Shown piece after piece: positions 1 to 6,931 of a DNA stretch of 52,079 nt; the first letter of the stretch is position 1, and each line of letters starts with the position of its first letter. The position numbers were made by a program, and so were the translations under genes. The notes beneath the pieces were generated by a model. The model had not been told where the DNA came from and did not search any database. It saw only the letters and a list, made by a program, of their open reading frames with translations. The DNA is from a virus. Taxonomy: Duplodnaviria > Caudoviricetes. Where the stretch lies: positions 1-52,079 of IMG/VR virus record IMGVR_UViG_3300042468_001294; one strand, written 5' to 3'.

Positions 1-1
1 C

Positions 2-226
2 GCCCGGGCTGCCCGGGCGGCCGCCGAGCGGGGGCCCGCCGCCGCCGCCGCCCGGGCGGCCGCCCGGGCCCCCGGGGCCCCCGGCCTATGGTTCGGGGGC
101 CGGAACCGAGCCGGGGATCGGGCTGCCGAGCGGGCTGCCCGCCCGATCTGGGCTGCCGAGCGGGCTGCTGCCCGGGCGGCCGCCCGAGCCTGGGCCCGGG
201 CGGCCGCCGCCGCCGCCCAGGGCTAG
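2..226 (+). CDS. 3' part of an Ala/Arg-rich ORF whose start is probably at the far window end (52056)
   Basis: Frame 2 is open from base 2 to TAG 224-226 and reads ARAARAAAERGPAAAAARAAARAPGAPGLWFGG...RAAERAARPIWAAERAAARAAARAWARAAAAAQG*. It is followed by the same intergenic element that follows the next two genes. Confidence 0.6.
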   Translation, partial: ARAARAAAERGPAAAAARAAARAPGAPGLWFGGRNRAGDRAAERAARPIWAAERAAARAAARAWARAAAAAAQG

Positions 227-234
227 CCGCCCCC

Positions 235-305
235 GCCCCCCCGCCCGGGGGGGCCAGCCGAGAGGGCCCCGAACACGGACCCTCCCGGCTGGCAAACCCG
301 CCAGC
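235..305 (+). repeat. Structured intergenic element, copy 1 (three hairpins)
   Basis: Hairpins at 235-254, 254-292 and an alternative at 288-305; homologous to 925-993 and 1286-1354. Confidence 0.8.
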
Positions 306-328
306 ACAACCCAACCAGGAGAGCCAAA

Positions 329-916
329 ATGGCACGAGCACAGACGACAGGCAAGACCCGCACCGGAACCCGCACCGGAACCCGCACCGGAACCCAGAAC
401 CCCGAGCAGACCCAGAACCCCGAGCAGGCCCAGAACCCCGAGCAGGCCGCCCAGGCCGCCGCCGCCGAAGCCGCCGCCCAGGCCGCCGCCCAGGCCGCCG
501 CCCAGGCCGCCGCCTGGACCGAGACCATGCGGATCGACTGGCAGGCCGAGTCCGAAGCCGGGACCTTCCTGGGGACCTTCGCAGACTACCTGGCCCTGCA
601 GCAAGTCGGGGTCGGCCCCCGGGAGCGCTACACGGGTCGGATGTTGGCCCTGGTCGCAGCCCGCCAGCACTACGTGAAGGGGGGCAACGGGAACCAGCAC
701 TCGGGGGACTGGATCGGAACAGCCTTCCAAAATCTCCCCCGCACCGAAGTGGTCCGGTGCTGCATGGAGATTCTGCACCTGGAAGCCAACCCCTACACGC
801 ACCTCAACCCCGGGCAGCAGAGCATGAATCTCCGGAATAAGGTCCGGGGGGCCTGCCAGCGCGGCGAGATCCCAGTCGACCACGTGAAGGCCACGATCGC
901 GAAGTTCACGGCATAA
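329..916 (+). CDS. Early protein: low-complexity N-terminus (TRTG, QNPEQ, QAAA repeats) plus helical HLNxGxQxMNLxN domain
   Basis: GGAG SD, strong GC3 codon bias, motif shared with ORFs 7311 and 8997. Confidence 0.85.
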   Translation: MARAQTTGKTRTGTRTGTRTGTQNPEQTQNPEQAQNPEQAAQAAAAEAAAQAAAQAAAQAAAWTETMRIDWQAESEAGTFLGTFADYLALQQVGVGPRERYTGRMLALVAARQHYVKGGNGNQHSGDWIGTAFQNLPRTEVVRCCMEILHLEANPYTHLNPGQQSMNLRNKVRGACQRGEIPVDHVKATIAKFTA

Positions 917-924
917 GCCGGGGC

Positions 925-993
925 GGGGGCCGAAAGGCCCCCAGCCGAGAGGGTCCGGCAAGACGGGCCTTCCCGGCTGGGAATCCCCCCAGC
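925..993 (+). repeat. Structured intergenic element, copy 2
   Basis: GGGGGCC-GAAA-GGCCCCC; CCAGCCG..CGGCTGG long stem 941-980; GCTGGG-AATCCC-CCCAGC. Confidence 0.85.
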
Positions 994-1013
994 ACCAACC
1001 AACGGAGAGTAAG

Positions 1014-1277
1014 ATGACACAAACACTTGCACAAGCGGTCCAAGCCTACCGGACATCACAGGACGACACCGACCCCTCCGAGCAACACCGGCTGACCGAA
1101 GACGTAAGACGAGCCCTCACCGAGTCGAAGTTGCCCACGGACTTCCGCACCGTCGAGGACGACGACGAAGACGGGATTTTCGTTACCTTCCCCGACGAGT
1201 CTTACCTGAACGTGAAGCCGACCGGAGCCTGGTGGCACCACGAGGCCGAAGGTCAGCTGATCGCCAAATCGGAGTAA
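1014..1277 (+). CDS. Acidic early hypothetical protein
   Basis: GGAG SD, flanked by the repeat element. Confidence 0.8.
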   Translation: MTQTLAQAVQAYRTSQDDTDPSEQHRLTEDVRRALTESKLPTDFRTVEDDDEDGIFVTFPDESYLNVKPTGAWWHHEAEGQLIAKSE

Positions 1278-1285
1278 GCCGGGGC

Positions 1286-1354
1286 GGGGGCCTTACGGCC
1301 CCCAGCCGAGAGGGTCCGACACCACGGGCCTTCCCGGCTGGGAATCCCCCCAGC
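1286..1354 (+). repeat. Structured intergenic element, copy 3
   Basis: Stems identical to copy 2; differences are confined to loops (TTAC, ACACCA). Confidence 0.85.
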
Positions 1355-1375
1355 ACCAACCCAACGGAGAACGAA

Positions 1376-1681
1376 GTGGCACACGAAATCAGACTGACGA
1401 GCGAAGCTGCGGCGAAGCTGGAGCGCTTGTGGACCGTCTACAAGGAACTCGGACTGTCCCCCGACCAAGCCTTGGCTCTTACCATGGCCAAGGATCTGGC
1501 GGACCAACTGACAGAACAGATCCGGGCGCCCTTCTTGAACTGGCCCGAGAGCGAAGACGACACCTTCGACCTGACCGTCGAAGCCGAGAGGATGCTGGGC
1601 GAGTGGTTGGAAGATAGCCGCGAATCCTGGCGCGACGTACTGAGCGAAGTCACGCAGTACCTGACGGACAAACCGGAGTAA
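1376..1681 (+). CDS. Acidic helical early hypothetical protein (GTG start)
   Basis: GGAG SD at the same position after the repeat element as in other copies. Confidence 0.75.
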   Translation: MAHEIRLTSEAAAKLERLWTVYKELGLSPDQALALTMAKDLADQLTEQIRAPFLNWPESEDDTFDLTVEAERMLGEWLEDSRESWRDVLSEVTQYLTDKPE

Positions 1682-1689
1682 GGCCCCCC

Positions 1690-1740
1690 ATGGCCTTCCT
1701 GATTGCCCTGATCCGAGCGATACTTCGCGCAGGCAGATAA
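1690..1740 (+). CDS. Possible 16-aa peptide MAFLIALIRAILRAGR
   Basis: Fills the gap between a stop codon and the promoter; GGAG upstream; ends in TAAGCC like neighbouring genes. Confidence 0.35.
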   Translation: MAFLIALIRAILRAGR

Positions 1741-1748
1741 GCCAGCAC

Positions 1749-1777
1749 TTGACAAACCCGGGGCCCCGTGCTAAAAT
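1749..1777 (+). promoter_or_regulatory. sigma70 promoter TTGACA-17-TAAAAT with extended -10
   Basis: Consensus match; duplicated at 2285. Confidence 0.85.
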
Positions 1778-1809
1778 CGGGGTTCCCAACCGATAGAGGA
1801 GATAGCGAA

Positions 1810-2016
1810 ATGAGCAAGACCCCCGCAGACTTGGCCGCAGCCGTGGCCACCTGGGCGGAAGCCCAGCCCGAAGACACCAAGCGCGAGTGGCTGGAGCTTA
1901 GCGAGCCTTACCACGCCATGCTTAAGCAGAGCGGGCTGGGCCCGGAGTTCGACCGACTCACCCCGGACCAGCAGCACAAATTCTGGGACAAACTCGACAG
2001 CCGCTTCGTGGACTAA
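1810..2016 (+). CDS. Early hypothetical protein (MSKTPA...)
   Basis: GAGGAGATAG SD downstream of the promoter. Confidence 0.8.
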   Translation: MSKTPADLAAAVATWAEAQPEDTKREWLELSEPYHAMLKQSGLGPEFDRLTPDQQHKFWDKLDSRFVD

Positions 2017-2075
2017 GCCGCCCGGGGCCCCCGGCACCAGGGGCCCCACCCTCTTCGACCTTAGGAGAAACCAAG

Positions 2076-2276
2076 ATGACCAGCCCCCTGGACACCACTT
2101 ACGAAATCACCCTCACCCTGAAGCTGAAGGTGGATTGCGCTAACTTCGGACTTCCCTCGGAAACCCTGGCGCAAGCCATCAGCGAAGCACTCGCTGACTA
2201 CCGGCAGGTCCCGTTGACCGTCGTGGGCGACGATGAGGTCTTCATCAAGGAAGCCACCCTTGTAAACGTAGGCTAA
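2076..2276 (+). CDS. Early hypothetical protein
   Basis: TAGGAG SD after a GC hairpin at 2024-2047. Confidence 0.7.
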   Translation: MTSPLDTTYEITLTLKLKVDCANFGLPSETLAQAISEALADYRQVPLTVVGDDEVFIKEATLVNVG

Positions 2277-2284
2277 GCCTACCA

Positions 2285-2313
2285 TTGACAAACCCGGGGC
2301 CCCGTGCTAAAAT
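2285..2313 (+). promoter_or_regulatory. sigma70 promoter, identical copy of 1749-1777
   Basis: TTGACAAACCCGGGGCCCCGTGCTAAAAT. Confidence 0.85.
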
Positions 2314-2345
2314 CGGGGTTCCCGTTCACTAGAGGAGATAGCGAA

Positions 2346-2618
2346 ATGAGCAAGACCCCAGCAGCCTTTAGCAATCAGCAACTTTTGGCGCTTCGCCTTA
2401 TCGGTAACGGCTGGAATACTAAGCTCACCCCGTTTGGGAACGTGATTGTTTCCGCTCAAGCGCAAAGCCTCCAACGCGCCGGTTTGATTGTCCAAGAACC
2501 TCGCCGCTGGATGGGATATCGACTTACCGCCGCTGGCCGTACTATTGCCGCCAAGCCGACCAGGGCCCCCGGCACCGGGGGCCCCACTCTACCTTCGAAA
2601 TTAGGAGAAGCACGATGA
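2346..2618 (+). CDS. Early hypothetical protein (MSKTPA...), possibly winged-helix-like
   Basis: Same SD and first codons as 1810; LQRAGLIV...YRLTAAGR resembles a wHTH wing. Confidence 0.7.
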   Translation: MSKTPAAFSNQQLLALRLIGNGWNTKLTPFGNVIVSAQAQSLQRAGLIVQEPRRWMGYRLTAAGRTIAAKPTRAPGTGGPTLPSKLGEAR

Positions 2619-2827
2619 TCAGCGAAGACCGCAAGCAGGAGTTGACCCGCAAGGGCTACTACGTCGAAGACATGGGCGCGGAGTACGGCCCTGAATGGAA
2701 AGGGCAATTCCGTTGGATGAACAATATCGCCGCAGATTTCCAGGACGACGACACTTCCTTCAGTGTTGAGGATACCTGGGATTCCGCTGACCACCACGAA
2801 CAACACACGGGGACACAAAATGCGTAA
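2615..2827 (+). CDS. Acidic early hypothetical protein
   Basis: TAGGAG SD, ATGA overlap. Confidence 0.7.
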   Translation: MISEDRKQELTRKGYYVEDMGAEYGPEWKGQFRWMNNIAADFQDDDTSFSVEDTWDSADHHEQHTGTQNA

Positions 2828-2894
2828 GCAAGACATCCTGTTTGCCACGGCTTTTGGGCTTTGCCTCGGCATCCTGATCGGCCTGGGAATTTAA
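2820..2894 (+). CDS. 24-aa hydrophobic peptide MRKQDILFATAFGLCLGILIGLGI
   Basis: Overlaps the upstream stop, single TM-like segment, ends just before a terminator. Confidence 0.55.
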   Translation: MRKQDILFATAFGLCLGILIGLGI

Positions 2895-2901
2895 ACCCGC
2901 G

Positions 2902-2925
2902 AAGCCCGCCTTGTGCGGGCTTTTT
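2902..2925 (+). terminator. Rho-independent terminator
   Basis: AAGCCCGC-CTTGT-GCGGGCTTTTT. Confidence 0.85.
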
Positions 2926-2939
2926 CGTATCCGTCCTCA

Positions 2940-3001
2940 GCTTCGCTCTTCGGGCTTCGCAGCGGCGAGGGACACCTCGGCTTCGCTCTTCGGGCTTCGC
3001 A
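2940..3001. repeat. Direct repeat GCTTCGCTCTTCGGGCTTCGCA x2 (CTTCG-rich)
   Basis: Copies at 2940-2961 and 2980-3001. Confidence 0.85.
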
Positions 3002-3014
3002 CTTCGCCGCAAGT

Positions 3015-3104
3015 CCGAATCCGTAAGCCGACCTAGCTGAACCCCGAATCCGTAAGCCGACCTAGCTGAACCCCGAATCCGTAAGCCGACCTAGCTGAAC
3101 CCCG
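3015..3104. repeat. Perfect tandem repeat, 3 x 29 bp (CCGAATCCGTAAGCCGACCTAGCTGAACC)
   Basis: Units start at 3015, 3044 and 3073; no spacers. Confidence 0.95.
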
Positions 3105-3808
3105 GACCTTCGCACTTCGGAGTTATAGCGAAGTGCGAATTTCGAAGCCCAGAGGGAGAGGGTCTGGACCCACCTTCGGACTTACCGGAAAACCTAATTT
3201 TGAAGCCGGAAAAACAGGAACCAGGACAGCCCGAATATGATGAGAAAACATGGCGTTACCACGTTGTATACGATGTACACCGCTTATATAATTGACGTAC
3301 ATCCCCCGGCTGTGTTTTAATCTATATATTCTAAATAGTTTCGAAAAACACCTCGGAAGCCTATTTAGAAGATACTTGACGTACGGTCATGCCTTAGTTC
3401 AAAGAACGTTATATGGCCTTAGCTAGAGCCTAGATCCGACTTCCCCTTTATCATATATATACGGAAAACCCGGAAGGACGAGGGGAAAACCCCCCTGAGC
3501 ACACTTTTCCGGATTGGCTTGTGTCCAGTGGCTCTGGCATCACCGATTAGGTGTTCCACGCTGCTGTACAGTGGCTCTCGGAATATCGGAATCGGCCAGG
3601 GGGGTATTTCTGTTTTCCCGGGAACGTGGTACTGAACAGAGGGGCTTTCCCGACCCCCTCAGTTGCGTCCCAGCAACGCTAACCTTTGTCCTTGAGCCTA
3701 TCTTGGGACACCCTTTGTCCTTGGCTCGTGCTTGTTGTCCACTCGCACTTCGTGCTTGTTCCATTACCACCTTTCGCCCTTGTATCTAAGGCGGTGGTAA
3801 TGCACCTA

Positions 3809-3837
3809 TTGACAAATGTCCCTCCCTCTGTTAAAAT
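3809..3837 (+). promoter_or_regulatory. sigma70 promoter TTGACA-17-TAAAAT, extended -10
   Basis: Consensus match at the start of the second early operon. Confidence 0.85.
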
Positions 3838-3886
3838 ATATATATGGATCGAGAGTGGTCCATCACAACCCGGAGCATAGAGCATT

Positions 3887-4030
3887 ATGATCAACCAACT
3901 CGCCCTCGAATACGCGCAAGCGCTGATTCAGTACCACAAGGATCCCAGCACTTACCCGGCCTTGCTGTTCGCGCAGAATTTGCTTAACGCCGCTTGCAGC
4001 GCTGCTGCTCAAGAGGAGGCCGCCAAATGA
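3887..4030 (+). CDS. 47-aa hypothetical protein (MINQLALEY...), not in the ORF track
   Basis: GGAG SD; ATGA overlap with the next gene. Confidence 0.65.
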   Translation: MINQLALEYAQALIQYHKDPSTYPALLFAQNLLNAACSAAAQEEAAK

Positions 4031-4239
4031 TCAAGATTGGTGACACCGTGTGGGTGCAGCCTTGGGGCGATGCCGCCCCTGTTCAGCGTGTTGTTGAATA
4101 CATGGAGCTTTGCGACTCCGTTCGTGGCAAGCACGGCAAGCCTGTGACCACTGCTGATCTCGCCACCCAGGCCGATCGTTTGGTGGTCGATTTCGTCGGT
4201 AACAATGGCTGGGCGTATGGTACCCAGATACGGGTATGA
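4027..4239 (+). CDS. Small SH3/KOW-like hypothetical protein
   Basis: MIKIGDTVWV start; coupled overlaps. Confidence 0.7.
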   Translation: MIKIGDTVWVQPWGDAAPVQRVVEYMELCDSVRGKHGKPVTTADLATQADRLVVDFVGNNGWAYGTQIRV

Positions 4240-4577
4240 TTAAGACTTTTGTGTCCCCCCGCTTGACTCACCGCTACGTGGGTACTTGCAAACATCTTGA
4301 TCGCTGGTCATTCAAAGCTTTTCGGGTGACTTTCACTCCGGAGCGTCTTGTTGATCGGGGTAATCGCTTCGACGACTACGGGGCCACCATTAGATGGGCC
4401 ACCTTGCCAGCCGGTGTCGACCGAGCTTTGGTCGAACGAGCCATAGTCGAGACGCTTTCCCGCGAAGGCTGCCACCACGACTACGACTGCTGCGGCTGCC
4501 TCTCGTATCGTGTCCGTGTTCTGCACCGCAAGGGCAGACGTCTAGTGCTCAAGACCACCTACTCAAGGAACTATTGA
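4236..4577 (+). CDS. Hypothetical protein with CHHDYDCCGC metal-binding motif
   Basis: ATGA overlap; Cys/His cluster. Confidence 0.7.
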   Translation: MIKTFVSPRLTHRYVGTCKHLDRWSFKAFRVTFTPERLVDRGNRFDDYGATIRWATLPAGVDRALVERAIVETLSREGCHHDYDCCGCLSYRVRVLHRKGRRLVLKTTYSRNY

Positions 4578-4771
4578 TGCTCGCCACCTCAATCGCCGCC
4601 GCCGCCAAGGTGGCTAATTACACCGCCCAGCAATGCAAGTGGGCGATTGCTGACTGCCACGACACATTGAAGGTCGGTGGTTACGAATACGAACATCCCT
4701 ATGCCCAGAAGTTGTGGGCGGAGATCGATGCTTGCCGCGACCGTCTGAAGGTACTCACACCATGTACTTAG
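4577..4771 (+). CDS. Hypothetical protein
   Basis: TGATG overlap, AAGGA SD. Confidence 0.65.
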   Translation: MLATSIAAAAKVANYTAQQCKWAIADCHDTLKVGGYEYEHPYAQKLWAEIDACRDRLKVLTPCT

Positions 4772-4917
4772 TCACAAAACACTTTGTCTCTGGTCTTCTT
4801 GCAGGGCTACATATCACTGAGCAAACCCGGGTACGTTACGTGGTTGGGGTGCTTTACACACCTTGCGCGGGCTCCAGTAGTTACGTGGTGACGGGCATCG
4901 AGGAGGTCCCGACATGA
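4762..4917 (+). CDS. Hypothetical protein (MYLVTKHF...)
   Basis: Tiles the operon, ATGA overlap. Confidence 0.55.
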   Translation: MYLVTKHFVSGLLAGLHITEQTRVRYVVGVLYTPCAGSSSYVVTGIEEVPT

Positions 4918-5126
4918 GCAATTACCCAAACATGAGTTACTGCATGAACCAGAACACCTTAACTGCCTTGCAGCAGGTTGTGGATACCATGCAAGAGGAT
5001 GGGGTTGCCTTCTTGCGCGACCTTTCGCACGACGAACGTCGCGCCTTCCACGAATTGTTCAGCACCAGCCAGGAATTCCAGCGCTTGGCTGAAGAATTGC
5101 AAAGTGAATTAGAAGCCGGGGGTTGA
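4914..5126 (+). CDS. Hypothetical protein (MSNYPNMSYC...)
   Basis: GAGGAGG SD. Confidence 0.75.
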   Translation: MSNYPNMSYCMNQNTLTALQQVVDTMQEDGVAFLRDLSHDERRAFHELFSTSQEFQRLAEELQSELEAGG

Positions 5127-5151
5127 CAAACCCTACTGCCCCTGTTAAAAT
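5123..5151 (+). promoter_or_regulatory. sigma70 promoter TTGACA-17-TAAAAT, extended -10
   Basis: Consensus match followed by a GAGGAGATAG SD. Confidence 0.85.
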
Positions 5152-5181
5152 AGGTATTTTAACGATAGAGGAGATAGACGA

Positions 5182-5370
5182 ATGCCCCCTGTGCGAACGT
5201 ACATCAGCCGCAATCCCCAGGTTCCCAACACCCCGGTGTTGTTCAATATCGTCACCGACCACCTTAGCATGACCTGCTGGTTGAGCGACGAGCAAACCCG
5301 CATCATCCGCGATTCCCTAAACCTTGTTCTTGGAGAGCAAACATGCCCCGTACAGTCGACATCCAACTGA
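5182..5370 (+). CDS. Hypothetical protein
   Basis: Strong SD. Confidence 0.7.
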   Translation: MPPVRTYISRNPQVPNTPVLFNIVTDHLSMTCWLSDEQTRIIRDSLNLVLGEQTCPVQSTSN

Positions 5371-5579
5371 CCGACGAAGACCTCATCGCCATGGGTTATC
5401 CCTTGGTGTCCATCGGCTACCTGTCCACCTGGGCACTCGATGCCTACGACACCGTGACCATCTTTCGCGATGGTCGATCGCTTGACATGGTGGCCCACTT
5501 CCGCAGCACCGCCACAGGCAGGACATACACCATAGGTGCTGTCCGGAACGCAGACGGTAGCTACGGGTACCACTCCTGA
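5343..5579 (+). CDS. Hypothetical protein (ends YGYHS)
   Basis: GGAG SD. Confidence 0.7.
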   Translation: MPRTVDIQLTDEDLIAMGYPLVSIGYLSTWALDAYDTVTIFRDGRSLDMVAHFRSTATGRTYTIGAVRNADGSYGYHS

Positions 5580-5603
5580 GGCACGGAGCGTTTTCACAGC
5601 AAC

Positions 5604-5629
5604 CGGGTAGCTATATAGGTAGCTACCCG
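5604..5629. promoter_or_regulatory. Intergenic inverted repeat CGGGTAGCTA-TATAGG-TAGCTACCCG
   Basis: Perfect 10-bp arms; core recurs inverted at 13732-13746. Confidence 0.5.
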
Positions 5630-5654
5630 CCCCCTTTTAAAAAGGAAAGACGCC

Positions 5655-6023
5655 ATGCAAGTCATTAAACTCCGACCCGATGTCCTAGGTAATCACGGTG
5701 GTGCGCGTGTCTACATCAATGGCCGCCGCTGCAGTGTCTCCTCGGTTCGTCGATACACCGAATACAACAACCTCGTTTACGGCGAAAACCGCAATATCGA
5801 AGCTCGCGTGGCTCGCGCCAAAGAGCTTGGCCACCCGCTAGTGTGGATCAACCTGGAGTCCAGTGTAGTCTGCAGCGATCCCGGGTATTACGAACGTCAA
5901 GCAGCCCTTTGGGCTGACGCGCCAAGGATCATGACTGGCGATTTTGTAGACTTCGACGGTGAAGTGTTCAAGGTCGAGCCCACACACAACGGCAATTTCC
6001 AACTCATCCCCCGCAAGCCATGA
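5655..6023 (+). CDS. Hypothetical protein
   Basis: AGGA SD, coupled to the next gene. Confidence 0.75.
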   Translation: MQVIKLRPDVLGNHGGARVYINGRRCSVSSVRRYTEYNNLVYGENRNIEARVARAKELGHPLVWINLESSVVCSDPGYYERQAALWADAPRIMTGDFVDFDGEVFKVEPTHNGNFQLIPRKP

Positions 6024-6208
6024 AGTTCAACGACGCACAAATTGCAACGCTCCGCGCCGAATGGTCGAAGATCCGGAGCGTCGATCCAGGTATGCCTGCC
6101 TACAAACGTCTGATCACGTTTCTCGACAAGCTGCCACCCTCTCTTCTGGAGCAACTCGCTAACGAACAGATTCCGTTCGTTAGCGGCTTAGCGAGAAACC
6201 GAGTTTAA
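6020..6208 (+). CDS. Hypothetical protein
   Basis: ATGA overlap. Confidence 0.7.
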   Translation: MKFNDAQIATLRAEWSKIRSVDPGMPAYKRLITFLDKLPPSLLEQLANEQIPFVSGLARNRV

Positions 6209-6210
6209 TC

Positions 6211-6483
6211 ATGTACTACGTCCAATTCTACCAAAAGAGCGCAATTAGCGACGCGCTGATCGAAGCCAACGGCGATCGAAGTGTTGTAATACTCGACGGT
6301 CGCTGCTCCAGGCAGTGGATGGGCGAGACTGCCGCCGCTGAATGCAAAAGACGCGGATACCTCGCTTGGCGTATCTTTCGGGGTGAATCGTTCACGCGAA
6401 GCGCGCCAGTCAGCCAACTTTGGTATGCGAACACCACTACACCAACACGCAATCCAGCGTGGCTGGGTGCAATGGGGATGTAA
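6211..6483 (+). CDS. Hypothetical protein
   Basis: Tiles the operon; ILDGR motif. Confidence 0.7.
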   Translation: MYYVQFYQKSAISDALIEANGDRSVVILDGRCSRQWMGETAAAECKRRGYLAWRIFRGESFTRSAPVSQLWYANTTTPTRNPAWLGAMGM

Positions 6484-6491
6484 GCAAACCA

Positions 6492-6520
6492 TTGACAAAC
6501 CCTCTCTGGTCTGGTATAAT
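6492..6520 (+). promoter_or_regulatory. sigma70 promoter TTGACA-17-TATAAT, extended -10
   Basis: Perfect consensus. Confidence 0.9.
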
Positions 6521-6549
6521 TGGTGTACCAAATATAGAGGAGTGCCCCC

Positions 6550-6783
6550 GTGGACTACATAGCGCAAATCCCAACACACATCGACGGCATCCCCTGCTTG
6601 GTCGGTGTCACTTGCCACGAGCCTATCGTGCCCGCCACGTGGCACGACCCTGCCGAAGGTGGCGAGGTCGAGTGGAGAATTCTCGACAGCCGTGGTCGAG
6701 TGGCACCCTGGCTGGAACGCAAGCAGAACAGCGTAACCATCGAAAGGTTGATCAATGACTACTTCCTTCGCCTCGATCGCTGA
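6550..6783 (+). CDS. Conserved small phage protein (GIPCLVGV...ILDSRGRVAPWLERK)
   Basis: GAGGAG SD; recurrent phage motif. Confidence 0.75.
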   Translation: MDYIAQIPTHIDGIPCLVGVTCHEPIVPATWHDPAEGGEVEWRILDSRGRVAPWLERKQNSVTIERLINDYFLRLDR

Positions 6784-6931
6784 AGCCGTGGCGTACTACC
6801 TCAAAAGGGGGTACACCTCGACCAGCGATCAAGCACCATTCACCCGCTGGATGAAGTCGGCCACTGGCCAGCTTGTTCGCATTGAGCAGGTCGACTTTCT
6901 GACGGTGAAGGTGTCCCCGGAAAATGATTAA
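6755..6931 (+). CDS. 58-aa hypothetical protein (MTTSFASIAEAVAYY...), not in the ORF track
   Basis: Fills the gap between 6783 and 6924. Confidence 0.5.
   Translation: MTTSFASIAEAVAYYLKRGYTSTSDQAPFTRWMKSATGQLVRIEQVDFLTVKVSPEND

Noticed and set aside
86-961. Long ORFs 86..961 (-), 88..840 (+) and 223..528 (-)
   Set aside because: Shadow frames of GC-rich repetitive DNA; 329..916 has the SD, the codon bias and a paralogous domain.
235-1354. Known self-cleaving ribozyme or intrinsic terminators
   Set aside because: No hammerhead CUGANGA core or clear HDV/twister core seen by eye, and no U-tracts; a covariance search is still needed.
2552-2558. Lost stop codon (TAAGCCG to CAAGCCG) explaining read-through of ORF 2346
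   Set aside because: The would-be TAA is out of frame with that ORF.
3015-3104. CRISPR array (29-bp repeats)
   Set aside because: Repeats are head-to-tail with no spacers, and no cas genes are present.
2820-3150. Type I toxin-antitoxin locus (TM peptide plus structured RNA)
   Set aside because: No antisense promoter or complementarity to the peptide mRNA was found.
3514-3894. ORF-track entries in the non-coding block
   Set aside because: No SD, atypical composition, and they overlap repeats and a promoter.
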